A DNA stretch of 64,000 bases from Phoronis australis (Eukaryota > Animalia > Phoronida), in NCBI GenBank assembly GCA_002633005.1, contig NMRA01000464.1:1-64000 (forward strand), in the 5' to 3' direction. Within the stretch, counting starts at the first letter, position 1, and each line of letters opens with the position of its first letter. The notes beneath the pieces are model-generated. The model did not search any database. It was not told the DNA's origin and was given only the letters and a program-made list of their open reading frames with translations. Of this stretch, positions 37,684-51,000 are shown piece after piece. The translations under genes were made by a program, and so were the position numbers.

Positions 37684-40600
37684 TATATGCTGCTACTTGC
37701 TATCACTAGGGTGGCGCCACCGGTCACGCAAAGCAGTATGGGTAATATTTTGTACACCGTTTGAAATGACGTATGTGGCAGACTACGCGTTGTTGAATAA
37801 ACTAAACTCGGATGTTCTTTAAACACTGCTTGGAGTCCGTGGTGTACCATTTAGCGCACACAAAATGCAGAAACTCGTTGGGTGTCGGTTCCATAGTCCC
37901 GCGAAGATCTATTGGTCAGAAATGAAATTTCTCAGGTAATAGCCGAAAGGCTAAGTCAAAACGCACATGAGATTTTATTTATCAGGCTCAATTAATGTAC
38001 TCATTCTTTGCAGATATGTGAAAATTAAGACCAAATTTACGCTCTTTTTTACAAAGTTAGTCGCTGAGCTGAACTTTTAGATGTCATAACTTCTATCATG
38101 CCTGTCTACAAGATAGTTAGACCTACTGTTAAAAACTTCAAAGGTATTTCTAAAGAATGTCCAATGTAAGTTATAATCTTGTAAGGAAGCCATTGAAACA
38201 AAGTGTCTCACAAGCAAGTTTACGCGATTTTGTCAGGACAATGTGTGTGTCTATATCCAATGCAAGACGTGCTCTTGTATAAAAGACACCCTTGCGTCTA
38301 CAAGCGAAATCCAAGGGCCTATTTGCCACTAACTTGTTCCTCATTCGGTTTGGAGCTTCCTGTGCTTAGAAAGAACTGACAGTTCATTATTGTTTGAAAT
38401 CAAGATCGATAACTTGGCTTGTCACGGTGTATCATTTTATTAGTGTGACAAGCACGGCTTCATTCAAGCATTACCGAACTGTCACTTCTTCCATAGCCGG
38501 AAATCACCCAAGCAACAATTTGAACTTCTAGACTGAATTGTTACTTTTCGTTTGCTACGATCAAGATGTTTTGTTGGTTCAAAAAAATGACATTGCCATT
38601 ATTCCTGCCAAATGCTGTTTTTGTGCGTTGGTGGAGTGACAAAACATGTTTTCGTCGTTAATGGAATGTTATTCTAATGTATTGTATATGGCGTGCCTAG
38701 CATTCAAAAATGATCTTGTTTCTGAAAGCGGTTTTCAGAAAAAAAAAATTCTCGAGGCGCTCTTTCAGATTTTTAAATTAAGGCAGGTTTGGTTTAAATT
38801 AAAATGGAAAACTTAATAATTTAAAAGACAAAAAGTCTACTGACAACGTTTGGACCATGAATCACCAAATGAACTCTGGTAGTTTGACTAAAACGTTTTA
38901 CGCCCAATTATGGCCTACTGCCTTTTTTCTATACCAGCAGAACATTGTTTTGCATCAACTATTAATGACATTTGAACACCTTCGTATACTTTTTTCACGC
39001 TACTTAATCTCCAAGCGATAGTCGCATCCTATAACCGGATTTGAATATACTCGTCTTTTCGGTCAATCAGATTATCACACCCAAATACCTTACAGGCATG
39101 TTGCTGGGGAATCTCCGGCGAACAACATTTACTCATGACAAAAAGGCGGCGATCAACAAAGAGGTCTATGTAATAAAAGATTTTATATCTTTGATGTAAT
39201 GCTAATTTAGCTACGACCAAATGCACGACCAGGGGCAATTTTTCCCTTTGCTATCACGGAATCGGTGAGACCCGCTAAAGTGGTGTCCGAATGGAGAATT
39301 AGTGGTAGCCGAAGTTGGCGAGAATCGAAGGCGACCAGCTACAGGGGAGGACTGAAATCTCTCGACATCCGTGAAACCTGAAAAGTGCTGTTGTGAAGGG
39401 TGAAATCGACAACTTTTCAAGCGATTTCCACCCACCTCTCCACCCCCCGCAACCACCTACCCTCCCGACCCCTTCACTGCCTTAAATAGTAGTAGAAATA
39501 ACAGTGACAGCGACGTCGATGATGACGACGAAGACAACAACGTTCGAATGCTGAGTGAAGAGGACGATGTTGATGAAGAGGTTGATGAGGACGGAAACAA
39601 TAACAGCTGGGGGATCTTTTATGTCCCAAGAGGGCCCGAACACAATATTCAAAGGGGAAGTCTTTACGTCACCACTAAAAATGGCATGCCGCGGCGTTTT
39701 GTTTTTGGTCAAATACGTGGTCTGGGTCCATTAAATTACACCAACGATATCAAAACTGCTGATGACGGCGCAGAAATTAGTGCTGCTGATGCTACGACAA
39801 CGACGATGGTGGCGATAGTGAAAGGTATTTAAGTTTAAGGAAAACTAAAACTCGGCTGCAAAAATGCATGTATTGCGGTTTCTCATTGGTTAGCAGAACG
39901 AAGTAACATTTGGACATTCCGAATGGTTAGAAAATATCATTTAAACTTCCCAATTGGTTATTGTTGACAAATGTATAAGTGTTCTGCCACATCTAGTGAG
40001 AAATGCCTTTACTGTGGGTTGAGGTTGCTGCAAAAGATGAAATCGATGTTTCTTACTACATGCAAGATTACAAGGGGTCAATTAAAATAACAAGACGATT
40101 CACTATACCTTTACGGCTCATTCCTGTACCACTCGCATACAAAAACGTGAAAACCAAGACATGTGCACACGGAATTCTGTCAACATCTAACAGGGCTACA
40201 TTTTCATGTAGGTATCTCTGTGGCAGAAGGCATTGTTTGGTCTGTAAGCCTGGTGTCGTCATCGAGAATAAATTGGTTGTATTAGCGAGTAGACCAGGCG
40301 GGACAAAAGGTAGCCAGTGAATGATGAAATTTGTTGTATCTACAATCTTGCCAATAAAACTTCTTAAGTCGTGACAATTTCGATTAGAACGCCTATGCAA
40401 AATCACATTTGTTTCGTAAACATGAAATCTGCAGGAAAATAACCCTCGTTTGTTTCCTGGTTATTTCCGATTAATTTGTGATTAATAATCTCACAACTAA
40501 CTCAACCCGAATACAGCAGTTAGTGAATATGTTAGTTCTTGTGCGCGCTATTCCTGGTATTTCGAAGCTTTCAGCAAACAGGAGACACCCAAATAATTAG

Positions 40601-41884
40601 GATAAATATAGTTGTTTTGGCTGGTATCGGATTTAAGTCTTACATTAAAAAGGCACGCTATTGGTGTTGAACATTTTGGCACTATTGTTGGATGGAAGAT
40701 TTCTTGTTTTGTGATTTTATTACAAATCGCCATTTCTTGACGTTGTCTGCCAGACATTTGCTGAAATAAAACCCGTATGTTTAGGTCTACCATTTAAATA
40801 CGCTTTAGATACGCTGCTGTACCACGCGGTAGATTTGGTTCGGCGGTAGATCGCTCGGCTGCTATTATGTGGTTAGTGGAATCGATTGCGCGCTGTTGAT
40901 AATTTCTGTGAAATTATTTTTCTCGCTAATTGTTATTCATTTTTATATCACTTCTATTGAAAATGGGTTTTATGACATTTTAAAATAGAAATCGCATGCG
41001 CATACACGACAATAGTGTATTTATGTTGTTATGAGCGCTAAGTTCATATAGTGCACACCTTTCCGCAAACGTGTATCCAGAGAAACAAGCATTTACATTC
41101 TCCATTGTTTATAGTCTTTTACTGTTGTTGTTCACAAAGGTAATCAGCAGGCGCGTTGTATTTAATGCCGACATAGTCAAGATAACATAGCCGTTTTATA
41201 AGGTAACAATAAGTCTCTTGTACCGTGTATTGATGTTCGGTAGAACACATAATATATGAAACAGGTTTTCTCTCTACAATTGAAGTCTTCACGTAAACTT
41301 ACGAGAGCCAAGTTTCGCCTAATCTCCTTCGAAATACTCTTATGTAGACAACACCAAATACAACAGTAGCATTATTTTCAACATCTTTCTGGCTACAGAG
41401 ATGTTGTTGACTGTGGTAATTGCATGAAGATAAAGACGACAACGACACAAACGGTGAAGACAACGGCACTGGTGATGACGACAGTGAGGATTGTAGGATT
41501 GTAGACAACAGTGACTCCGTCCACGTTTTCTATATCGCAACAGTTCCAGGACAAACATAAGGCGCGTTTTTTTTTCTATTAATGGTTGGTAAGAGAAAGG
41601 ACTCAACTAGAATAGCAATTCCCTTTGGCAGTGATCCTTCCCATTGGTACATACACAAGAAGAGAAACATGCAATCGGATACGATGCGTTATTATGTCAA
41701 AACGCGAAACCTGGAATATTATATGCGTTCGTGAATTTGGTGTCAGATAGTCGCTAGTATGGTATAAAGTTTCCAGGTGATTGGCAGTCGAGTTTATCTA
41801 CCAGAATAATCTACAGTAATCAATGGATTTTATCTAACAGTTACAGTGCTGACAGTTGAGTCCACTTACTAAGAATAAGCCAAA

Positions 41885-42085
41885 TTAGTGGAGAACATTT
41901 ACTAGAAATAGTCCAGTTATCTAGTTAGTGGAAAAAATTTACTACAAATAGTCCAGTTATCTAGTTAGTGGAGCACATTTACTACAAATAGTCCAGTTAT
42001 CTAGTTAGTGGAGCACATTTACTACAAATAGTCCAGTTATCTAGTTAGTGGATGTCATCTACTACAAATAGTCTAGTTTTCTACA
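41885..42085. repeat. Minisatellite, 40-bp unit x~5
   Basis: ctagttagtggagcacatttactacaaatagtccagttat repeated head-to-tail with no spacers. Confidence 0.95.
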
Positions 42086-42269
42086 AAACCTTGGATTTTA
42101 CTCACCAGCTTTAACGATCCTTTCTTGAATAACAGAAAACTCTGCATAACAAAGGAGAAGGTTAAAGGGACATACTCGGCGAGGAAAGTAATTTTTCAGA
42201 AATTAACAGTAGCGCGAAATCGAACTCACTATAACCGCAGTAGCAACCTAATTATCTCCCACTCGTTAA

Positions 42270-43974
42270 AGGAGCATGCCACCCAAAAAACAACCTAATT
42301 TGTATCAATTTAGATCGAGTAGTTCTACTCGATAATGGCACGTACGGTTGCGCTACCTGACACCTGACGGCAGACGGAGGTGTTGAAATTATCCAATGAC
42401 GTAATTGGTTTCACACGTAGTCTGTTCAGCAGTTCACAACACGGGTTACTGGTGTCAGCTTATCGCTTGAATTCATCGTTTAACACCAATAAACCATCAA
42501 ACTTCGATGTAAAAACCCTTAAAATACACCGAGTTCTTATAAAAACGTGTTTTTTTTTATTTCGCTGTTACGGATTTATTGCTATTTGGACACACCGTAG
42601 CCTACAGAGTTCGGCAGACAAGGTCCGTAGCAGGAGTTAGGGGTCTGTTCGGATATAAATTCGAATATTTTTCCGTGAGATACAGACAGGAGAACCTAGA
42701 TTTGTGTTTTTTTGACTTGTGATTTTTGAGTTCTAAACACACAAAATGTTTGTTATCCTGGCCTGTGGCTCAGAGCGCCATCACGCCTGTCGCGGCCTGA
42801 CTGACTCGTTATCCCGGCCAGTGGCTCGGAAACCGATCAGGCCCGTCGCAGCCGGCGGGACTGAAGACATCACGAACATAAACCAGCCAAAGTTGGAAAC
42901 TAAGCTTCCAGTCAAGAAAATACTACACTAGTGAACAAAGAGGTAATGTGCACGAGATTATGTTGGTGACTTAGCCACGAAACTGCAAATCTACTAACTG
43001 GATCGTCGGGGGCCGCGTATTCAGGTTCCACTTTGGCAACAGAACTGTCAGGGTAGCAGTTGTACATTGAAAATCATTATTTGAATAATGCAAATGTAAA
43101 TAAAGATTCCTCTAACACCTGGCCGTAGGATAGAAGTCGAGTTGTTTCACAACAGTTTCTGTCAGCTAACACTGAATTAGCATGAGCTCACACGGCCTCG
43201 GTGTCCCGTCAATTAGTTTATTGCACCTAAAGCCGGTAACGCAGTGATTTATTCATTGCTGGCTTCTCAAATCATTTGCACTCACGAGCACTCCAAAGAC
43301 ATTACAAATTGCATCTGATGAGACAGACCTTGTTTCAGTTTTATATTGGTTAGGGTGAGAATGATTCATTTTGAAACAGAACGCTCAGTAATAAACGTCA
43401 ACATGCCAAGTGACAACTCGCAATCCCGACTTAGACGAGAGCTCATCCCGACGAAGACTTCGCAGGTGGATCGTTAAGTTTCACAGGCTATCAGTTCGAA
43501 CCGGAATACAGTGGTAAAAAAATACTAGAGAGACGCCGTGAACAATTAGACAACGGAACGTATCGATAGCTTTTGGTAAGCCGGCATTCGTCAGGCACTG
43601 TCGACGACTGCACTTGCGGCAGGCTACAGACACGGAGATGTTTCAAGGCCTCATACTTGCTATTTACAGCGTACTTTTCATTCTTCACTACTGCGAGCCA
43701 CTTCCTAAGCATTTCGATCTCTTGAGGAAGTCGAAAAACCGATATACCCGCTTTCCTCGCAGCTGCATAGTTCGGACAAGCGGGAACGGTGCACCGCAAC
43801 ATAGCGGCATTCACTCTGCAAATGAACCACTGACGTCGCTGCGTCGTTTCTCACCTTCCTCAAAGGTTAACGCGACACCTCTCAGCAAGGTAAGGTCGAC
43901 CGTATGCAAGGCGATGTGGATATAGACCGATTAAGACGGCAAAAAAGACTAATTAAATCGAGTGGCGTTCTCTT
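42270..43974. mobile_element. Non-autonomous Kolobok-like DNA transposon, copy 2
   Basis: ttaa|aggagcatgccacc ... agtggcgttctctt|ttaa. THAP start on - (43491-43814: CTVPAC...FRLP...KW...RVCSL) and a GYQFEPEY...DCTCG start on +. Confidence 0.88.
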
Positions 43975-43983
43975 TTAAGTAAC

Positions 43984-44123
43984 CATAAACGCACCCAGCC
44001 TAAAAACTGGGGCTCGAATTTTTGTGAATGTGTACTTTTTACTAAGATTCATGGAGCAAGTTCAGAGCTATGATTAGCGCATTCATCGAATTTTGGTGAG
44101 CCCCCCCCCCGGGTGCGCGCATG
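43984..44123 (-). mobile_element. 140-bp MITE (family 1, copy D), 5-bp TSD GTAAC
   Basis: gtaac|cataaacgcacccagcc...gggtgcgcgcatg|gtaac. Sits immediately next to the Kolobok TTAA. Confidence 0.75.
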
Positions 44124-46599
44124 GTAACAGAATACTTTAAGCGTAATTAAATGGTAAAGACACCGGTCTTGATTTCAGTGAATGTCTGGCAGACAACGGA
44201 GAGAATCGGTAAGTTGTAATGAAAACATAAAACCAATATATTTTGTTGTTTATAGCACAGACCAAAGTCAATAACTGCAGGTGGTCTATCACGTCCAACA
44301 ATAATACCAAAAATGCAATTTTCGTCCGAAAAACAAATAATTCCCATTTAACATGTTTTTTCGCTATAAAAGTGCCTCATCTTGTCCCTTGCTGAGTTTG
44401 AAACGAACTAACAGTTATTTATTCCTTGAGACCATGTTTGACACATAAAATGACGTCACGCCATGACAGTCTAACTTGTAGAGCGTGGTCAGTTCTTTCG
44501 AAGTTCTGAAATTGCCTCAAATTCGGCTAAGGAAATTTTGATACCAATTCCATAACAGTAGATTGTCTTTGTCCAATGTTGCTATTTTTATATAGAAGGC
44601 GAATTAATAACAACTGCTGCTTTAATCGACATCCTTCAGTGCAATAGCAATGGATAGAGGACAAGGGCAAAAGAACAGTTTTCGGTGCGTAATGACGAAA
44701 ATGCAATTATCACCAAAAAGTGCCTACTGGCATCTGTCACCTTGAGAGTTTGTTTTGCGAAATCGTTCGAAGCAGCTAGTGCGTGTCTTTTATTTGCGTG
44801 CACGTTCGAAAAGTATTCCAGCCGATTCGTGTCCATGAAGTGCCGACAATACACATTACCGTTGTATCGGAGTTAGTAAGTCAATGTTGTACATGATTCA
44901 ATTTCTAGCTGCGTGCCGTTGCGTTCTGGCTGCGTCTTCCCATCGTCGTTAATTTTAAAAGTATTTGAATCTCAGCATCTGATTTTATCTTAGAATACTC
45001 AAGTAATTAGATGTTGGTGCGTTTTAATGTTTACACATATTCCTTTTGATATACAGACTTGAAGTTTTTTCGAGGTGAAAAAACTGCCGAAGCTTTAGCA
45101 CTCACTGGGTACAGATATACAGGAATTTTGTACAATAGAATAGCTATATGGAATAACTAGTCGCGTAATTCTCTAAAATCCACAAGAAAATGGAATGGCT
45201 ACTTATGGTTATCGTCGGGTTCCGGTAAAATGTCGGAACAGAATTTAAAAATTAGTACACGAAGACGGATACTTATCAAGTTGTTGGTGTAAAGCTCTGG
45301 AATAGAAATATTCCGTTATGAGAGAAAATTTAATTATAATCTAACACCTGCAGTTAACTGCAATGACTATGAGTGGACGGTGCTTAAAAATGATCAAAAG
45401 AAAAATAACTATATTAACTTTTGAATAGTGATAATGTTCTTGGTTTGTGCTTGATAAGAATGTTGGGTCACGTTTTATTTAACTTTTCTTGGAAGGACAT
45501 AGTGAACTTTGTTGTACGAAGAAATTAACCTACTTTTTATATTTCCCGTGGTGCGGCAAAGAAAGGCTGTTTTAACTACTGGAGACAAGAATTTAATTGT
45601 ATGAACACGTTTCATATATTACAAACAACGAAGTATTGCATGCCTACGCCTTCTGGCATTAAGTTAAACCTGGACGTATTTAGACTTTTAGACTCATAGC
45701 CATTGAAGTGATAAAACGACATTGTTGTCTGTTGCGTGAAGCAAGTCAATACACTGCACCGTTGTGTTTAAGCTAGTTTTGTATAGGAAAGGGGAGTTGA
45801 CGAATAATTCGAATACGTAATTGTACGAGTTATACAATTTACTGCAGATGACGGAATAGTGTACAGCGATGTGAATAAAATGCGTTACCTTCGTCAAAAT
45901 TCTGCTGATCTTGAAAATTAAATCTTTATCCACACAGGGAAATTTCATTATTAAAGAAAATTAAACTGGACTACTGTACTTACTAAAATTCTATAAGGCC
46001 TGGGGAAGGTCCCGCTCCCTTCATGAAAAATGGTGTAATGTTTAGAGTGGCGGAACATGTGGAGCTCCCCACTGGGCTCTCGCGAGATACTGCGGATGTT
46101 GAGAAAGGTGACTGTTGATTTATCATTGAATGAAGGTGTACAAACACTAGACAATTTCATACTTGCGAGGCTTATTGGTCATATTGGAGACCGGTCTCGC
46201 GGTGTGCTCGACTATTTTTTTTAGGGTGCGCTGCTCAGACATATCCTTTGAACAGCCAGCAAGACGAAACCCCACTATTTTAGACCGTAAGAAAACTTTT
46301 GCTGTGAGCTTCTGTGAAAAACTCACTCTGGGCCACTGAGTTTTCCCTGAACATAATCCGTTTAGTGGGTTTCTAAGCAACAGTTAGAATTCCTTAGCTG
46401 AATTTTCTTGGGTGTATTGTGTACATCGTGTCAAGTACATTGTAGTAGCCTTCCAGAGCGTAGATAGAGCTGTGAGGTGGCATCTTTTGGTTGACGCAAC
46501 ACGGAATGCCGTAATAACTGCCAGAACGTTAACGCCACAACAAGATTTCGACACAACTAGACAAGAACACTCAGTTACACAGAATAATTCAGCGGGAAA

Positions 46600-48030
46600 T
46601 TCAGTGACCACAGGCGTAGATGACGATTTGAGAGCTGTCCTGAAGCTGTATGATAGTTATACCACTTGCGAAATGCCTGTTGGCGATGTCTGTTTGATGG
46701 AGTGTTTGGCAAGAGTCTACGAGAAATACAATCCCATAAATCAATCGGATCTGTAGATAAAAAGCCGATGAAACAGTGTCTGTCTACAATACATGAGCAT
46801 GCTTGATACCACTCGACGTTTTATTACAAAACGGAAAGAACTTCACCATCAGGCAGTGTCCAAAATGTTGTCATTTTGGCTGCTCCTGACTCCATAGAGG
46901 CAGGAGTTCAAACACACTCATCTAGTCGACTACAGCTGCCTCTTTTACGGCCACCATGCCATTAGACAAAGTGAAAGTTTCTGGGCCAGCTTGTCGTCTG
47001 ATCTTGTAATTGAACAACTGATAATGAGAGCACTTCTAAGTGTTCTCATTATCGACGTAAGATTTCATGACAAGAGGTCACGGAATGGGAGAGACTCGAC
47101 GCACTTACCGTGAGAGCATGTTCAAGTATAAATGGCCCCACGTAGTCTATGACAAACTTGGCTTATGAAACATATGAACAATACAATGAGGGTACCCAGT
47201 GATGACAAAGACGTCGTCTGCCTTGTTGACTTTTTTCATAAGCGAAATCCGTTTGAGCACCTAGTGTGAATGCAGGTGCTTGGGTTAATGAAAAATGTCA
47301 TAGGAGTGAGAAAGGAAATTCGTTAATCTATACGGAGGGTTTACGCATGAAAGACTTCAGAGTCAGGAAAATGACAAGATTGTGGCAATGGCAAGCCATT
47401 AATTCACCTTCCCAATAATGATTTCACACAGATGGACCAACAACTAATAGCTGCAAAAGCCAACACTGGGATTTAGTTCTAGAGATCCTTCTGATTATTC
47501 TGCCCTTCCCAGAGTTGCTAATACATCGTCATCAGCAGATGCTCTTTGTGGTCCAGTGGGAGACAACCGGAAAATTGTCAATTTGTAGAAAACTCGATGC
47601 ACGTACCTATGTTGTTTTTGTGTCTGAAAGCGCAATGTTGCCGTCAATTTGCAGAACTTAGCAAGTGGATTATGCTCTCAGGTACATTCACTATACTGTT
47701 GTATTCGATGGTTATGGAGATGATCCACCAACCAAAAATGTCTCTCATATTCGAAGATTAGGTGGAGTTCTTGATATTGAGGTTATCTTCTGAGCGTTGT
47801 TCAGGAAATTAGGTTAGAGAAAGTACATTTTTCTGATAAACAGTAAAAAGAGGCGCACTTTCAATGAGGTTTTATCCGGGTTTGCTGCGAAATGCCGGTT
47901 GCACAATGTGGTATACCCTGAAGGTGACGCAGACGCTTTAATGGTAGAAATAGCAGTAGAGAACGCAGCACAAGGTGGCACTACCCTTATTGCAAATGAT
48001 ACATATTTGTTGCTTTTCTTGTCCTCTTAT
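46600..48030 (+). mobile_element. Highly decayed Academ(X)-like transposon protein (transposase region + XPG/PIN nuclease)
   Basis: Interrupted frames give DTTRRFI...HQAVSKML, YGHHAIRQSESFWASLSSDLVIEQLIMRAL (from 46946), RGHGM, VVFDGY (~47698) and FLINSKKRRTF...EGDADALMVEIA...IANDTYLLLFL (~47830-48020). The order matches the remembered motif series of this family. Confidence 0.6.
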
Positions 48031-51000
48031 TTAACTTCACAGTTGTTTGCCTATGAAATGTAATGAAATAAGAGGCAGTACCGGATTAAGGTTTTTCGGG
48101 ACCATGAAACGTCTAAGGACCTTAGACGTCACAAGTGCCCCCTTCATCACAATTTTCAGGGCCTCTGTGACGATGAGACAGAAATAAATTTCCACTACCC
48201 GTTCGCCACACTATCCCTGCTCTCTTACTTTATTGCATGCGGACAATGTGACATAAACTGCAACACTTCGTTATCAGTTGATGCAAATCAAATGAGTTAA
48301 ACACCGTTGCTTTGTGAATTTGTAGTTTGTTTGAAGTCGTAAAAATAATCTTTGATCGTGAGACGAATTTTCTGCTACAGACAGCTTTTCACTAAATAAC
48401 TTAGCATTTACTGAACATCACTGAAAATGATAGATGTAATCTCAAGAATCAGTTAAATTTCCTTTTCCGGGATTTGCTGACCAAAATCTTGTGATACGAA
48501 ATCTCTGAAAAAGGTGAGACCCTGCCATTCTGAAGTTAATCCTAAAAGAAGCTATTTGGTGACCACATTGAAAAATAGCAGGTGTAGTCATCGAAGCTAT
48601 ACGCGATGCGTCTCAACGGATTTTGATATAATACTTAATTCATCATATTTCTTTGTTTGAAGTTGTCTACAACGTCACCAAAGGTATTGTGGTCCTGTCA
48701 AAGAATGATGGCCGACACGCCATCAGTGTAGGCATCTGTACACATGCCTCAGTTTGGATGCTTCTCATAAACATATGGTCCGGAAAGTTTTGTAGTTTTA
48801 TTTGAATCCTTGTTATCAAAAGTGATTCACAAAACACGGTGTAGTCGGTTCTTATTGCTGCAGTCGCCGCAAACCACCTTAATACATAAACTCTCAATGG
48901 ACAGAGCAGTATGTTGATGCGTTTAATCTTAACATCTACCAATCGGAATGTCCAAATGTGAAGCCATGTAACATGCTACTCCTCATAACACTGGGAAAGA
49001 GATGTCGGACTCTAAGATTTTTGGCCCCCATCTCAGAAATTGAAGAAGTTGTCACTACCCCCAAGTAAGAAAAATTAGTATCAACGGAATCGTCGAACCT
49101 GTAAACCTGTGACACATGAGGACATCTCCCTCAGTTCATTCTGAAGTTGGAACTAAAAATATTTCTGGCCACCATCTTTGAAAATTTGCTTAATGCCTTA
49201 CTACAGCTATTCAGAATTGTTTTCAATTGACTTGCGCTTCAAAACGTATGTAAACCTTTTCATCACATTCCATTCTCGAGTTAATGCTGGCATCTGTCAA
49301 TCAGACGGTCATTTTGTCCGCCATGTTAAAAGCAACTTCCACCTCTCCGACTTCGGTTGACTGTTTCTCACATTAAAAGGAGTGGGGATATTATTTATCC
49401 AATAAACCTTCTCTTGCATATTTTTGGGTCTTGCGTAGACTGGCTGGAACTTAAACCATGTATATGTACCATTCGTATCACCAAATATGTGCTGAACAAA
49501 AAGTAACTAAACTATTCGTATCACCAAATATGTGCTGAACAAAAAGTAGCTAAGTCAATTTTCAACACTCTTAAAAAGAAAGTTATATGCAAAACATCAT
49601 AATTCTATATCTTTAGTTTGACTATTCAGCAGAACTAGATCATCAATCAATAATTGTACACGGGTTAAGTCGAGATATAATATGTCCAAATATGATTTTC
49701 CTCACTTATTCTAAGCGTAGACAATTAATTGATAAACACGAGATTGTTTAACGAAACGTGTCTTCATGGACTGCTTTCAGTGGGTACTGTTCGTTATATT
49801 CAATTTCTTGTTTATTTTATCTCCTAATTGTATCATGTCCTACATAAATGCTCAATTAAATGAGCAAGTAAAATACAGTAAACAGTAGATAGACTAAAAT
49901 GTCGTTCTCGGTAGAAAAAGGTATACGATACAACCATTCTCGCCAGTGTCGCCAAACTACGCACGGCAGATAACCTTAAGGACATCGCTACAATAATCCC
50001 TATGGGAGGATATAAGTAGATATGGCATAAAGTAAAGTCATCCTGATGAGTCCATTTAGCCAGGTAACTTTAATCTATCGGAGTCTACCAGCTATCTTCC
50101 ACAAAAGACATTACAAGAGATTGGCTTTTGGTGCTCCACTCGATTCTTTCTCATCCGAGGATCAACTAAAGTTCGGGAGTTTGAGCGAGCGTCCATAAAG
50201 TGTACTCAACAAATTTTGCGTTCAAGTGGCGCCGTTGCAAAACTACTCTGATACAATCATTAACTATTTGCCCTACATGGAGCGTCTTAGCGTCTAATGA
50301 TATTACGTTAATTCAGAACAACGTGTTCAGTTTTCAATTGATTGGGAGTTTAGTGTTCCGACAACATCGGCAAAAGAAAATTATGACACCAGAGATCGCC
50401 GGGATGTCACATCGTTTTTCGTGTGTCATTTAAACACCAATGACGTCAAATTTTAAAGCTCTCCGGGTTCCGTTTCACAAATAGCGACGTCCATCCCACG
50501 CTACCACGGTGCAGTCACTAAATAAAGGCTTTTGCCAAGTAATTATGAACACATCACAACCCAGAAATAATTTACACAGCATAATTATCTCACTAACTTG
50601 CAGCCATAAGTGTATTTTCAGAATAGACACGTGTATTTTGTACTTTTGCTGAAGTTAGTTTTTATTAACTCTTTTTCATGAATCAGCTCCTTTGTAACTA
50701 TTTATTTTTACATACAAGAAGCTTACGCGAGCATCAGATTATGCGTAATATCGCTAACTTTGGGCTATTCATTAAAGTTGCTTCTAGCAGCCACTATGAG
50801 GCACGGAGATTGAGAAATTCAAACCAAGATAAAAAATAGTGTAAATTTTTTATTTATCCTTATTTCACTGTTGAGGAATCGCTAGGATACGTTTGAAATG
50901 GATTAAAACAACAAAACTTAACTTAAGCGGCGGTTCCAGCCTGTTCGTAATACTACTGCGAAACAAACAGCAATTTGACACAGACTCGAATTCACCAAAT

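Noticed and set aside
41885-42085. CRISPR-like periodic repeat
   Set aside because: The units are contiguous with no unique spacers and the context is eukaryotic; this is a minisatellite.
50043-50075. CTGATGAGTCC, a classic hammerhead 5' core
   Set aside because: No complementary GGAC-GAAA follows.
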